In this document: one piece after another, positions 26,270 to 37,932 of the stretch
Layout of the letters: the number at the start of each line of letters is the position of its first letter
Position numbering within the stretch: position 1 is the stretch's first letter
NCBI RefSeq assembly: GCF_006345805.1
Contig: NC_043008.1
Coordinates: forward strand, 68,138,001-68,202,000
DNA: 64,000 bases
Direction: 5' to 3'
From: Octopus sinensis
Taxonomy: Eukaryota
Position numbers and translations under genes: made by a program
The notes under the pieces: generated by a model
Told to the model about the DNA's origin: nothing
The model's input: the letters and a program-made list of their open reading frames with translations, nothing else
Databases searched by the model: none

Positions 26270-26495
26270 GGTAAAGGTAATGGTGGTAGTGGTGGCAGTG
26301 GTGATGGCAGTGAAGGTTTTGATGATGAGGAGGATGATGACCAACAGTGGTGGTCATAGCAGTGACGAAGATGGTGGTGGTGGTGGTTGCAATTGTGACA
26401 GTGGTGTTGGTGGTGGTGGTTGTGGTGATGATGATGATGATGATGGTTGTGGTGGTGGTGGTGGTGGTGGTCATCATGGTTGTGGTGGTGATGAT
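26270..26495. repeat. (GGT/GAT)n trinucleotide tract
   Basis: Directly visible. Confidence 0.9.
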
Positions 26496-28253
26496 AAAGT
26501 CTGGTAGTGTACAAACACAAAAGGCAGAAACTTGTTTATGCTTGTGTGTATGCACATACATTATTACTTATATAACTGTTTGTGTTACGTGCATACAAAT
26601 AAATTTTATAACCAGTTACACAAGACTTTACACCAAATTCAGAAAAACAACAGGTTCAAGTTTCTTTCAGATAAACAAGCTTATATAATATCAGTGTGTG
26701 TGTGTATGTGTGTGTGCGTGTAGATGTATATTGTCTTCTATATCTGTGTTCAACATTACTGTTGAAATAAATCTTTTGCTGAACCCAAGAGTATATAACA
26801 CTATGCATTATATAACATTGTATTATATAACATTATATGTATTTAATATTATAATGCATTGCATAACATTCCCCTAACTGTGTTTTGATAATTGCATTAA
26901 GCTTCATTTTTTAACTAAAGTTCAAATGTCAACTCCTTTCAAGAAAGGTTAAAGGTTACTCCTTAAAATTCTTTTTTGGATTCCGACTAACATTTAACTG
27001 ACCTGTTTTTTATTAGTGTTTTCATTATTTTTCATTTATTTTTTGTTAAGTTTGTATCATTTATTTATTATTTTTCGTGCTCGCTGTCTTCAATTTATTT
27101 TTCTCCAACTTTAGGAAAATGTAATTTTCTTTTCACATCTGCTTAAATTATTATTATTATTATTTGTTGTTGCTGTTTGTGAGTGAGGTTTTTGTGGAAT
27201 ATGTCACTTGTCATCTTTTTCTCATCATCATCATCATCTCTTTTCCTTTTCTGTCTTATTTTACAACATCCACTTCCAATAGCTCAGTGATGAGGTATAG
27301 AGTGTATGCAGGGCGAGAGGGGTGTCAACAAAGAGAAATATAAGTGGTGGGACTGAGAAAAAAAAAGTGGCTTGAATCCCAAATCTCAAGGTCCAAAGGT
27401 TTGGTACTACCATGATGAAAAAAAAAACCTAGAAGGCTTGGGAAAATATACAAACCAGTCGACAACAATAAGAACCACAACAACAACAAGAGACACAATA
27501 ATAAATACTAGAGCAACAGGTGACAACAACATACAGATGCAGCTCTCAAAGACTGTTTTCTGCAAAGAAAATAAAAAGAAATTGACAAAATGTGTGCAAT
27601 GAAAGGTAAAATATTTATGGTGTATGAAAGCTTTGATGCCTTTTCTTTGATGAATACACCAAAAGAGAGGTTTTTGTTGAGAAGTCATTTCAGAGGTTTT
27701 ACCACATATTTGTAGGTAGAACAACTAGATTGTGATTCCCTCTTTGAAAAATTCCTGTAGTAAAAGAGGAAGGTGTGCAAAGAAATGGTGAGATGAGATG
27801 AGATGAGATCTCAGAGCTCTGAGTTGCAATCTCTCCTCCTCTTCCTCCTCCTTTATCATCATCATCATCACCATCGCTCTCATTATCGTTGTTGTCACAT
27901 CTACATTTCCATGCTTGTCTGAGTCAAGGGAGAGTATGTTACCAGCTCTCATTTGTTTCCAAGCAAAATAATAATAATCTCCCTGTCTATTGACTAATGA
28001 ACAACCTGGAAATGTTTTTGCAGTGAAGTGGTAACAACTGATACTAAAACAAGACATGACAAGAAGCACTGTGGTGGAGTCAGCACCAGTGGCTGCTGCT
28101 CAAAATACATAATCCAATTAAGTGACAGTTTCAATGTGATGTTCTCATCTAAAAGTTGACACTCATAGGTTTTGTTTCATTTTACTCTTGTCAAGTGTCC
28201 TGTGTCAAAATTTCTTCCTCAGACTAAAAATTAACAATATTAGCATTTACTAA

Positions 28254-28485
28254 TGGCGGCAAGTTGGCAGAATCGTTAGCACGCCGGGCGAAATGCTTAG
28301 CAATATTTCGTCTGCCGTTATGTTTTGAGTTCAAATTCCGCCGAGGTCAACTTTGCTTTTCATCCTTTCAAGATCGATTAAATAAGTACCAGTTACACAC
28401 TGGGGTCGATGTAATCGACTTAATCCCTTTGTCTGTCCTTGTTTGTCCCCTCCATGTTTAGCTCCTTGTGGGCAATAAAGAAATA
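28254..28485 (+). mobile_element. SINE family II copy
   Basis: Colinear with 2669-2899. Confidence 0.85.
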
Positions 28486-28642
28486 AAATATTAGAATTTA
28501 CTGTGGCCTTCTCTTTTTCCCAATGACTCAAGCAACCATTGCCATCACTGCCGCCATACCCAATCTATATTTTACTACTTTGGTTTGTTTTTAATTTTTG
28601 TTCTATTATAAATAATACTTGTTTTGTCTGGCTAGATTAGTC

Positions 28643-29112
28643 TTGATTAAGTTAACTTATGATTGAATGCATTCCAGCCATGACCATGCCATCATTTTAA
28701 GGATATCTAGGACTACAGTATCCAATATATCTGCCATGCCCATCACTAAGGGGGTGCACTGGACAGCAGTACCCCCTCTCCAGGAGATTGCTTAAGCTAC
28801 TAGAAATAATAACCTCTAAGTTTTTTCCCCTCAATTCACAGTTCAATGTCTTCTTAGAAAGGGCAGACATCAGGCCCATCACCAGACTTTGGGATATTCT
28901 GGGTGGCTACTAATTTGTAATAATGCTAAAGTGGGCTTTCGAAATAAGTAAATCTGAGGGTACACCATTGAATAGAAAGGGGGCAGTGCTGTCTAGTGAA
29001 CCCACTTAGCAATGGGCATGGTAGACATTGGTTACTATAGTCTTAAATATCCCTAAAAAGATGGTATGGTCGTGGTTGGAATGCCTTCAATCATAATTTT
29101 ACTTTAAGCAAG
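28643..29112. mobile_element. Old MITE with about 140-bp diverged TIRs
   Basis: gcattccagccatgaccatgccatc...gggggtgcactggacagcagtacccc versus ggggcagtgctgtctagtgaaccc...gatggtatggtcgtggttggaatgc. Confidence 0.65.
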
Positions 29113-29149
29113 ACTAAACATCTACCACTAAACAAATCAAATATTGTTT

Positions 29150-29525
29150 ATATTCTTTTACACGTTTCTGTCATTTGACTGTGGCCATCCTGGAGCACCA
29201 CCTTAAAGGGTTTTAGTCAAAGTAATCAACCCCAGGACTTTATTCTTTGTAAGCCTAGTATGTATTCTATTGGTCTCTTTTGCTGACAACATTGGTTGTC
29301 GAGCGATGGTGGAAGGACAAACAAAGGCACCACACATAAATACATATAAATATATATATATATATATATATATGTCAGGCTTCTTTCAGTTTCCATCTAT
29401 CAAATTCACTGACAAGGCTTTGGTTCGCCTAAGGTTATAGTAGAAGACACTTGCTGGTGTCATGCAGTGGGACTAAACCCAGAACCATGTGATTGGGAAG
29501 CAAGCTTCTTACCACACAGCCACAA
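29150..29525 (-). mobile_element. SINE family I copy
   Basis: Reverse complement of family I, diverged. Confidence 0.75.
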
Positions 29526-29899
29526 CAAAAATTAAAAACAAACAGAACTAGAAAAATATAGATTGGGTATGATGGCAGGGGTAGCAGTGATTGCTTGAGG
29601 CAATGGAGAAAAGAGAAGGCCACAGTAAACACTAAGATTGCTTAGTTATTTTCTTGTTTTGTAGAAAAAAGAAAATAGAAAAAGAAAATTTACTGTCCAC
29701 ACCCAGCCTGTGATATAAAACAGCAAAACATCACGAAAGTGTCAGCTCTCTCTTATTTATTAACATGTCATAGAATTCTAAAGAAAATCTAAAACTGATG
29801 AATGATTGTGTTTTCAACATACGCACACACACACAATGCACACACATGTTACATTAGAAGTAATCCTCAAACAGAGTAAGTCTGTCGCATGGCCTCAGT

Positions 29900-30520
29900 T
29901 CCCTGTATGAGCTAATTCACTTACTCTCGCGACATGCAGACTGATGAAACTCTTCTACACACTCTCATCCAGTGCCCAAGCATTGCTCACTTGTGGATTT
30001 ATGTCAAACACCTGCTGTTGCATGTAGGATGGCTCCAGCTATCAGCTGAGTCCATCATGAAGATCGCCCCACTGCCTTCCTTTAGGCAGAGAGTGTTTCT
30101 TTGTCTGGTGGACTTAGCAAAAGAAGCGTGGTGGACTAGGTTGAAAGGGCTGAAGACAGACACTTTCCTTTTGGCTAAACCCTCATCAACTTTTTCAAGT
30201 TTCACTTGAAAAGTGAGGGTAGAGAGGGAAATGCTGCCTCCCAGCAATTTTGTCAAAAGATGTGTGGATAGCCCAAGTGAGCAGGCCTACTCTAAGCATG
30301 CACCTTTATATCAAGGGTAGATGAAGTGGAGAGAGCACTTACTTTAGAGATCAGGGCAATCATGGTTTTTGTAGGGTTTCCATGAGTATCCTTTGGAAGC
30401 CTCCCTCTTTTGGAGATTTATTTGTTATAATTTTTATTGTTGTTACCTTTTTACACAATTAAATCCCACACTTTTGTGTGGCATTGGCCTGTGCTGTTGC
30501 CAATCTTCTATATAAACCCT
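29900..30520 (+). mobile_element. Tx1/L1-like LINE 3' fragment
   Basis: DETLLHTLIQCPSIAHLW zinc-knuckle motif; homologous to 31480-32100. Confidence 0.7.
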
Positions 30521-30684
30521 CAGTGGTGAATAAAGAAAAGATTGAAATTCCACCCAGGTTGACTTTGCCTTTCATTGATTCAGGGTCGATAAATTAAGTA
30601 CCAGTGAAAAACTGGGGTCAGTGTGATTGACTGGTCCCCTCCCCCAAAATTTCAGGCCTTGTGCTGTTAGTAGAAAGGATTATT

Positions 30685-30706
30685 ATTGTTGTTGTGGTTG
30701 TTGTTG

Positions 30707-30738
<32 letters not shown>

Positions 30739-30795
30739 GGTGGTGGTGGTGGTGGTGGTGGTGGTGGTGGTTGTGGTGCTGTTGTTGTTGTTGCT
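30685..30795. repeat. (GTT)n-(GGT)n compound trinucleotide repeat
   Basis: Directly visible. Confidence 0.95.
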
Positions 30796-31479
30796 GACAG
30801 AATTGTTAGTAGTTTGGGCAAAAAGCTTTGCTGCATCTCATCCATCTTTACATTCTGCCAAGGTTGACTTTGACTGTCATCCTTTCAAGGTCAGTAAAAT
30901 AAGTACCAGTCAAGCACTGGGTTGATGTAATCACCTTACCCCCTAGCAGTGGTGGCAGAGACAGTAGTAGTAGGGATAGTGTGTTCTTTAAAAATGCAAC
31001 AGATTTTAGCAGGAAAAAAAGTAATGCTAATATCGAAGGCAGAGAGGAGGAAAATAACGGTGACAGAGTGGCAACAGTGGAAATGACCACAATTCCACCA
31101 CCACTACCAACAGTAACAGCAGCAGCAGCAGTTGTAACAATAACAAAAATAAAAGGTTTGCTGATGTAATGAACACAAAGAAAGAGATGTTTGTCATACC
31201 ACTCAAAGATAAAACGCGTGGACTCAGAAAAGCAAAAGATATCCTTAAATTTGAAGATGATAAGGCTGCTGTGCTCACACATCCTGAAATAATAGAGGCA
31301 AAATAGAGGAAGAAGACTATTTTGGATGTGAATCATGCAAAACTTGGAGAGCTGAAATAGCATCCATCAGTCATTTGAGAAGGCCCTCAGAGAAATTTTA
31401 ATAGATGTGGCCCATATATAGAGAGGGATTCAGTTTGCCAGCATTGCAGTCCTCTTTAAAAGTGAGAACCTCACTCAAA

Positions 31480-32100
31480 GACACACAATGTCACCTCAGG
31501 GAGCTCTGCCAGTGCAAGACAAGTTCTACAGACACAGAAGTGCTGTCAGATGGACCTGTCCAAGGTGTGCGCAGGGCGATGAAACTGTCCTGCATGCACT
31601 CACCCAGTGTCCATGCATTACTGACCTGTGAAGCTTTGTCAAACAGCTGTTGTCATATGTAGGATGGATCCTGTTATGAACTAGTCCATTGTGAGGATTG
31701 CCCCACTGCTTTCTTTTGGCTGGGAAGAAAAGGCAGTTGTCCTCTGCCTGATGGCTATAGCAAATGAGGTAGTGTGGTGGACAAGGTTGAAAGGACTGAA
31801 GACAGACACTTTCCTCTTCAGCTGAGCCCTCATCAACATTTTCAAGTTCCACTTGAAAACGAAAGTGAGGGTAGAGAGGGAAGTACTGCCCCCAAGTAAG
31901 TTTGTTGAAAGGTAGATGACTGTTGCAAAAATGGCTTGTGTGAATCAGCCTACTCTGAATATTCGTCTGTAAGCTGGAGCAGTTGAGAGGACATGGTGTG
32001 CCTACATGGTGTGGCCTTGGAAGTTGGGGTGACCAGGATTTGCGGGGTGCCCTGGCTGGTCCTGGGTGAAACTACCCCCTATTGTGGAATTTTGTTGTCT
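31480..32100 (+). mobile_element. Tx1/L1-like LINE 3' fragment
   Basis: GALPVQDKFYRH..CPRC..DETVLHALTQCP in a + frame with stops. Confidence 0.75.
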
Positions 32101-32789
32101 AACACTTTTGTTAACTCAACTAAGGGCAGTGCTCCAGCATGGCCGCAGTCAAATGACTGAAACAGGTAAAAGAGTAAAGAGTAATCTTTTTACCTCTATG
32201 ACCAGGTCTTGACATTTCTATGGTATTCATTCTAATATCATTTGGTGTTGCAAAGTCTATGATCTTGCATTGTTTTTTTATGTCTTCTACAATCATATTT
32301 GTTTTGTTTTTGTTTTTTGCTTCTGTAATATGTTCTGTCTTTATGGAGAAATCCTATAAAATTCAACAATTATGATTCACCATTACAGCCTCTGGCTTGT
32401 GTTCATACCACCTTTCTGTTATTTTGAATCCACTTACACTTATAATGATACTCATCATCATCATCATCACCATCACCACTACTACCACCATTGCAATCAT
32501 CATCATCATGATTAAGGCTTAAGATGGTGAGTTGGCAGAATTGTAGCAGTATTTCATCTGTCTTTACATCCTGAGTTCAAATTCTACCAAAGTCAGTTAT
32601 GCCTTTCATCCTTCCAAGGTAGATAAAATAAGTACCAATTGAGTGCTAGGATCAATGTAACCTGGTTTCCCACCTCTCAAAATTGCTGACCTCATGCCAG
32701 AATAACAAAAGTGTTATTATTCCTTCATTCGCACAGTGATGATCTTGTTAACACTGGATTGTTTAATTGACTCCTAATCAAATTGTGTA

Positions 32790-32995
32790 ACAGATAGTAC
32801 ATTCTGCAGGATATTTACTGCTCCCAAAAGTGTTGCATTTTGCAATGTTGTAATGCTGAGACAGATTCCAGTTTTGCCGAGGTGTTTCTAAAGGTTTTTC
32901 ATCACTGACCCAAATACTCCACTCACAGTTGGTACCACTTTTGCTTTCATATTCTTCATTCTCTTGATATCTGTTCTCAAGTCTGTGCAGTAAGA
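32790..32995 (-). mobile_element. R4-clade LINE C-terminal fragment
   Basis: YCTDLRTDIKRMKNMKAKVVPTVSGVFG...LQNATLLGAVNILQNVL, parallel to the end of the element at 54035-55240. Confidence 0.65.
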
Positions 32996-33013
32996 CTTGA
33001 AAATAGATATTGA

Positions 33014-33290
33014 GAGAATGTGGATCATGAAAGTAAGAGTGTCAATGCTGATGATGTCACCATAGTGGTATCAGACAATAAACACATTGAGATAATTGAC
33101 ACTGCTTTCAGGGACAAGACGGTATCAGAAACAAAGCTTAACAAGGAAGAAAATCCATGCAGTCCAACTGTGTCATTGGGTATATGCCTGTAAACCAGAG
33201 ATAAGAAACTGAGAAAAGGTACCTTCACCAGAAGTCAGGATACCCGTGGTTTGGTAGATGGCCCTACAAACAGCCCTCAAATGTCTCCTC
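33014..33290 (+). mobile_element. L1/Tx1-like RT fragment
   Basis: NADDVTIVVSD..IEII..AFRD..SETKLNKE resembles the YADD...GAKLNxEK region of L1/Tx1 RTs; internal stops. Confidence 0.5.
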
Positions 33291-33464
33291 CCGATTGAGG
33301 ATTACACCTTCTTAAATTGTTTTTTCTTTTGTTTACACACAAAAGCCTTACAGCATATCATGTGCACACACATATTTAATATTTTTTTCTGTGCCGTCCA
33401 TAATGTTTTTCTTTATGCAAACACTCTGTGGTCAGTAAAGAAATCATCATCATTATTATTATTA

Positions 33465-33925
33465 TTAAGGTTGCAGAATTGTTAGCATGCCAGGCTAAAT
33501 GCTTAGTGGCATTTCATCAGTCACTATGTTCTGCTGGGGTCAACTTTGCCTTTCATCCTTTTGGGCGTCAATAAATTAAGTACCAGTTGAGTACTGGGGT
33601 TGATGTAATCAACTATTCCCCTTCCCCAAAATTTAAGACCTTGTGCCTTTAATAGAAAGGATTATTACTAAAATTAAGTACCAATGAAACACTGGGGTCG
33701 ATGTAATCAACTAGACGAGCTGGCAGAATCGTTGGCACACTAGGCAAATTGCTTAGCAGCATTTCATCCATTTTTACATTCTAAGTTCGAATTCCACCGA
33801 GGTCAACTTTGCCTTTAATCCTTTCAGAGTCAATAAAGCAAGTACTAGTTATGCACTGGGGTCGATGTAATTGACTATCTCCCTCACCCAAATTCTAGCC
33901 CTTGTGCCTATAGTAGAAATTGTTG
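33465..33925 (+). mobile_element. Cluster of two to three SINE family II copies just upstream of the MYORG-like terminal exon
   Basis: Repeated ttgcctttcatcctttt...aagtaccagt...ggggtcgatgtaatc blocks. Confidence 0.75.
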
Positions 33926-34145
33926 TTGTTGTTGTTGTTGTTGTTGCTGTTGCTGCTGCTGCTTTTGTTGTTGTTGTTTACGAAAGCCTCCTCAGATTAT
34001 TTAATGAGACCTCATTTGGTTTTATGAAAATGCTTTACCTCTTTAATATTTAATTACTTTGTATTAATTGTATTAAATGCTCCAGATTCAGACAGTCATT
34101 TTCTACCATGGCTAATTATATGTTTATATTTTATCTGTTCATTAG

Positions 34146-36080
34146 ACTCCAAGTAAAGAAAACTCCAAACTGCTTAAATACACTGTGGCCACACTCTTCA
34201 TATTGATTCTTGCTGGTTTCATATCTGTAAGAGTTCTTCATGCAAGACAAACCAATGCTATTTTGGTTGGCAGACTTATCCATTTCTCTGAAGCTGAACG
34301 GAAAGTACAACTGTTGAATAAATTTAAAGGAATAACTCTAACTGGATGGTTAGGAATCAACCTCACATCTAGCTTTCATTTTTGTCAACCGAAGATTAAA
34401 GAACAAAGCATTCAAGAATTATGTTACCAAAGTCAGCGCTCTACCAAGCTACAAATACTTCATGAAGAAAAAGGCGGTCTGTATTGCTATTCTATAAATT
34501 GGGAAATTTCACAGGTAGAAGAGTTCCTTGATTGTTACCAGATAAAATCTTCTAATTGGTATGGAATGAACATTGGTTCAAGGCAATCATGGCCACTGAA
34601 GAATTTTTCTACTGATCATATTCCATTTTCAACAGAATCATCAGATATATTGGGTTCTGTATTAGAACCACTTTGGATTAGTTCTGATGGTGTTGGAATC
34701 TTTGTAAATGACTCACATCCTTTTGAAATTAGCTGGAATTCTTCTGATGATGGATTATTTTGTCTTCTGCCAGACCTAAGACAGCCATATCCCGACCAAC
34801 AACTCCACTATTATCTGTGTCAAGGTAATGATATCAGAGATACTTATGTCAACATGAAAAAGATATTTTTACCTGTGAACCAAAATGAACTAGCAAAGAA
34901 CAATAAACTTTTAAAAACAATGATCTGGTCTTTTGAAGAAAATTCCAGGAATATTTCTATACAAAGTGCCATCCTTAATTTCATTAATAGTAAATATACT
35001 CACACTTATAATGATACTTACATCGAATTGAATAACAATTGGCAACAAAGTCAGGGAGATTTCACTTTTGATGCCAAACAGTTCCCAAATATCTCTGAAT
35101 TCCTTCGTCAAGTTGATTGTCATAATATTGGTATTATATATCCAATAAGTCCTTATTTCCATTTCACTTCCAAAGAATTCAATGTTGGAATGATGTCAGG
35201 ATATTTTATAAGGGATGATTTGAGTGACGTTACAAAACTTGTCAAATGGCAAAATAAACAGATGGCTATTATAGATGTTTCCAACCCAAATGCTTCAAAA
35301 TGGTATTTGGACAAATTGCTCCACCTTTCTACAAAGCCAGAATTCGGAGGATTCCGTAATTTAGCAATTGGACAGAGCTACATTCCAAAGAACATTCGCT
35401 TTTATAACACAAGTTACACTATAAAAGATTACGTTGATAAAATGGCGTCATTCTACAAAAACAGTTCAGAAATATTTTATTACGATTCCAAATTAAACAA
35501 ACATAAACTATTAGTGATCAATGTTAAATCTATGTTTGTGTCAAGAGGCAAGTATACCTGTATTAATAATGTCATTGATCAGGCACTAACTGTTAGTATG
35601 TTAGGCTATCCGTACATAACTCTTTCCCCTGTAAAATTTCCCAATATTACTCAAGAACTGTACATGAGATATATCACCTTGGCTTCTTTTATGCCAGTTG
35701 TCCGTTTATCATACAGCAGGTACTTATATAATCACACAACTTCATTACATTTACAAAGCCTTATCACTCTCCATCGAAAATTAGTGTACAAAACTGTTGA
35801 AGGCCTTTCTTCAGACATCAAAGCAGGCCTTCCAATTATTCGCCCCCTTTGGTGGGTCAACCCTAATGATAAAACAACTCTCAACATCTCAGACCAATTT
35901 CTTATTGGCAATAAGTTAATGGTTGCCCCCAATTTATGTGATAGCATCAAAAAGCGTGATATATACATTCCAGCTGGAAGATGGAAAGATCTTCAGTCTG
36001 AAGTAGAAATTCAGGGCAAAACTTGGTTATATAATTATCCAACTGAAACAAATTTTGTTGCAATATTTCAGCTCCTTTAA
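34146..36080 (+). CDS. MYORG-like: Terminal coding exon of a MYORG/KIAA1161-like GH31 glycosidase-family type II membrane protein (probably non-catalytic)
   Basis: Stop-free frame of 644 aa after a pyrimidine-rich acceptor (ttttatctgttcattag|ACT, phase 0; the in-frame TAG is part of the acceptor). It contains a TM helix (VATLFILILAGFISVRVL), MYORG-type motifs (EPLWISSDGVGIFV, GDFTFDAKQFPN, LTVSMLGYP, ELYMRY, PIIRPLWW, DQFLIG..LMVAP, YIPAGRWKD) and about 10 N-glycosylation sequons. Confidence 0.9.
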   Translation, partial: TPSKENSKLLKYTVATLFILILAGFISVRVLHARQTNAILVGRLIHFSEAERKVQLLNKFKGITLTGWLGINLTSSFHFCQPKIKEQSIQELCYQSQRSTKLQILHEEKGGLYCYSINWEISQVEEFLDCYQIKSSNWYGMNIGSRQSWPLKNFSTDHIPFSTESSDILGSVLEPLWISSDGVGIFVNDSHPFEISWNSSDDGLFCLLPDLRQPYPDQQLHYYLCQGNDIRDTYVNMKKIFLPVNQNELAKNNKLLKTMIWSFEENSRNISIQSAILNFINSKYTHTYNDTYIELNNNWQQSQGDFTFDAKQFPNISEFLRQVDCHNIGIIYPISPYFHFTSKEFNVGMMSGYFIRDDLSDVTKLVKWQNKQMAIIDVSNPNASKWYLDKLLHLSTKPEFGGFRNLAIGQSYIPKNIRFYNTSYTIKDYVDKMASFYKNSSEIFYYDSKLNKHKLLVINVKSMFVSRGKYTCINNVIDQALTVSMLGYPYITLSPVKFPNITQELYMRYITLASFMPVVRLSYSRYLYNHTTSLHLQSLITLHRKLVYKTVEGLSSDIKAGLPIIRPLWWVNPNDKTTLNISDQFLIGNKLMVAPNLCDSIKKRDIYIPAGRWKDLQSEVEIQGKTWLYNYPTETNFVAIFQLL

Positions 36081-36801
36081 AAAAAAGGGGTTTGGCAGGA
36101 AGAGTAAAAAAAAAAAACTGACTAAATACAATACAATATTTAGTTACATTTCCTCTGTGTTGTGAGCTCCAATCCAGCCAAATCTGATTTCATCTTTCAT
36201 TAAATTTCTGTTCAAGTCCCTGCCAAAAACAAAAGAACAAAATGAAATAATAATAATATTGATAAACACCAGTAATACTCTGGACTTGGATCATCCATCC
36301 CTTCCCTATCTTAAAAAGTTGAAATATATGACAATAAGGACTATTACTATTACTGTTGTCACTACTACTACTACCAGCACCAGCACCACCACTACTACTA
36401 CTACTACCACACCCACAACAACAACAACAACAACTACTACTACTACAAGGAACCATTTCCATTCCTCAGTGGCAGCTAGATAACTATCAATGCAATGAAA
36501 TTCTTTCACAGAATATTCTGGTATGAAATCCAAAAAAGAAAAAGCAAACTACAAGAAAAGATATTAGTTGGTACAGCCAAAAAAAAAAAAGAGAGATATT
36601 TTTTAAAATTATGAATGAGGGTATATTATGTCATCCTTAAAGCAAGCAGACTTATGATCAGGGGCACTTCACCTGTAACCATCGTATCTTGTGTATCTAA
36701 AACTTCTTATCTAGTGTGTCCTTATTTGTTATAAGATGCTAAGGTATGATTTGAAAAGAAATTTGGCTGCTGTTTCTAGCAAACTGAGCAACCACTTAGA
36801 C

Positions 36802-37309
36802 CAGTGGTTCTCAACCAGGATCCATATAAAATTGCGGGGGTCCACACTAAATAGTAAATTAGGGACCCACAGCAGTATATTAACCCCTTGACATTTAAAC
36901 CGACCACATCCAGCCGAAATATATTACCTGTTTTATGCTCAAATTGGCCAGATTTGGCCTCGTACAATATCTTACTATATCATACAAAAAATATACAATT
37001 ACATCATCAAAATTTCAAAGCTATGAGATAATGTTTGATTAATTCAAAACAATGTAAATAAAGAAGCATCACATTTGACAGAAGAATCTGACTACTAAAG
37101 AGTTAAGGGTTCACGAAAAAAGGTCGTTTTAGATGTGTATATTGCAAGGAACAGCAAGATTTCTCACTCTAACACTTTGCATAATTCAACCACGACAATT
37201 CAATGTGTGTAAAGCAAGTAGTTCTAAACATCGAATGGCTATGGGGGGTTCACCAGAGTAAAATAATAATCAAAGGGGTCCATAGGCGAAAAATAGTTGA
37301 AAACTGCTG
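36802..37309. mobile_element. hAT (Charlie-like) MITE containing a nested TTAA-flanked piggyBac-like MITE (36880-37106)
   Basis: CAGTGGTTCTCAAC TIR and degenerate right TIR; inner ttaaCCCCTT...AAAGAGttaa. Confidence 0.7.
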
Positions 37310-37418
37310 ACCAAGAGGCTGTTGAATTATCTCACCATTTCAACTGTCTGAAATATTAGATATTTCTTCACAACTCACACTAACATTTTGTTTTTCAAAC
37401 CATAACATATGTGTAGAT

Positions 37419-37725
37419 TTGTTGTTTGTTCCTTCTCAAGCCACGCCTGGCTCATAAGGGCCAGTTTCCTGGTTTCCTTGGTGTATAGGTTCCCCACCTG
37501 GATGGGTTGCTGGTCCGTCGTAGGTGAGCTGCAAGATGCAGGAGGAAAAAGTGAGAGAAAGTTGTGGCGAAAGAATCGGCAGAAGTTCGCCATTACCTTC
37601 TGCTGGAGTTGCGTGAAGCTTAGGTGTTTCGCTCATAAACACGCACATCGCCCGGTCTGCGATTCGAACTCGCGATCCCTCGACTGCGAATCTGCTGCTC
37701 TAACCACTAGGCCATCTGCCTCCAC
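37419..37725 (-). mobile_element. tRNA-derived SINE sharing its head with 5617-6000 but with a different tail
   Basis: The - strand head gtggaggcagatggcctagtggttag...ccacaactttctctcact aligns to ~5617-5797, then diverges. Confidence 0.8.
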
Positions 37726-37739
37726 ATATGTGTAGATAT

Positions 37740-37932
37740 AACTGTGTAAAATAATAAAGAAAGAAATCTGTTTCTTGCAATAAACACCATTACATACATT
37801 TAAAGCAACATTTTTTTCAGGGGCCCTTAAAATACTATTTTGGATCCTCAATTTACTATTTTGCTGCATGGAGCCCAACAAAATCTTATATGGGCCCTCA
37901 GGGGCCATATGGATCCCTGTTGAGAACCACTG
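37740..37932 (-). mobile_element. Partial second copy of the hAT MITE, inverted relative to 36802
   Basis: Ends gttgagaaccactg at 37932; internal blocks match ~36815-37150. Confidence 0.6.

Noticed and set aside
26263-26561. Poly-His, poly-Thr and poly-Val ORFs
   Set aside because: All frames are translations of a (GGT/GAT)n microsatellite with no splice or start context.
33014-33290. Hydrophilic + frame as an extra MYORG-like exon
   Set aside because: No good acceptor, internal stop codons, and resemblance to an L1/Tx1 RT (ADDVT) fragment.
34185-34187. GTG start given by the ORF track for the 631-aa ORF
   Set aside because: Eukaryotic locus; the frame stays open to a strong splice acceptor at 34145, so this is an internal Val codon.
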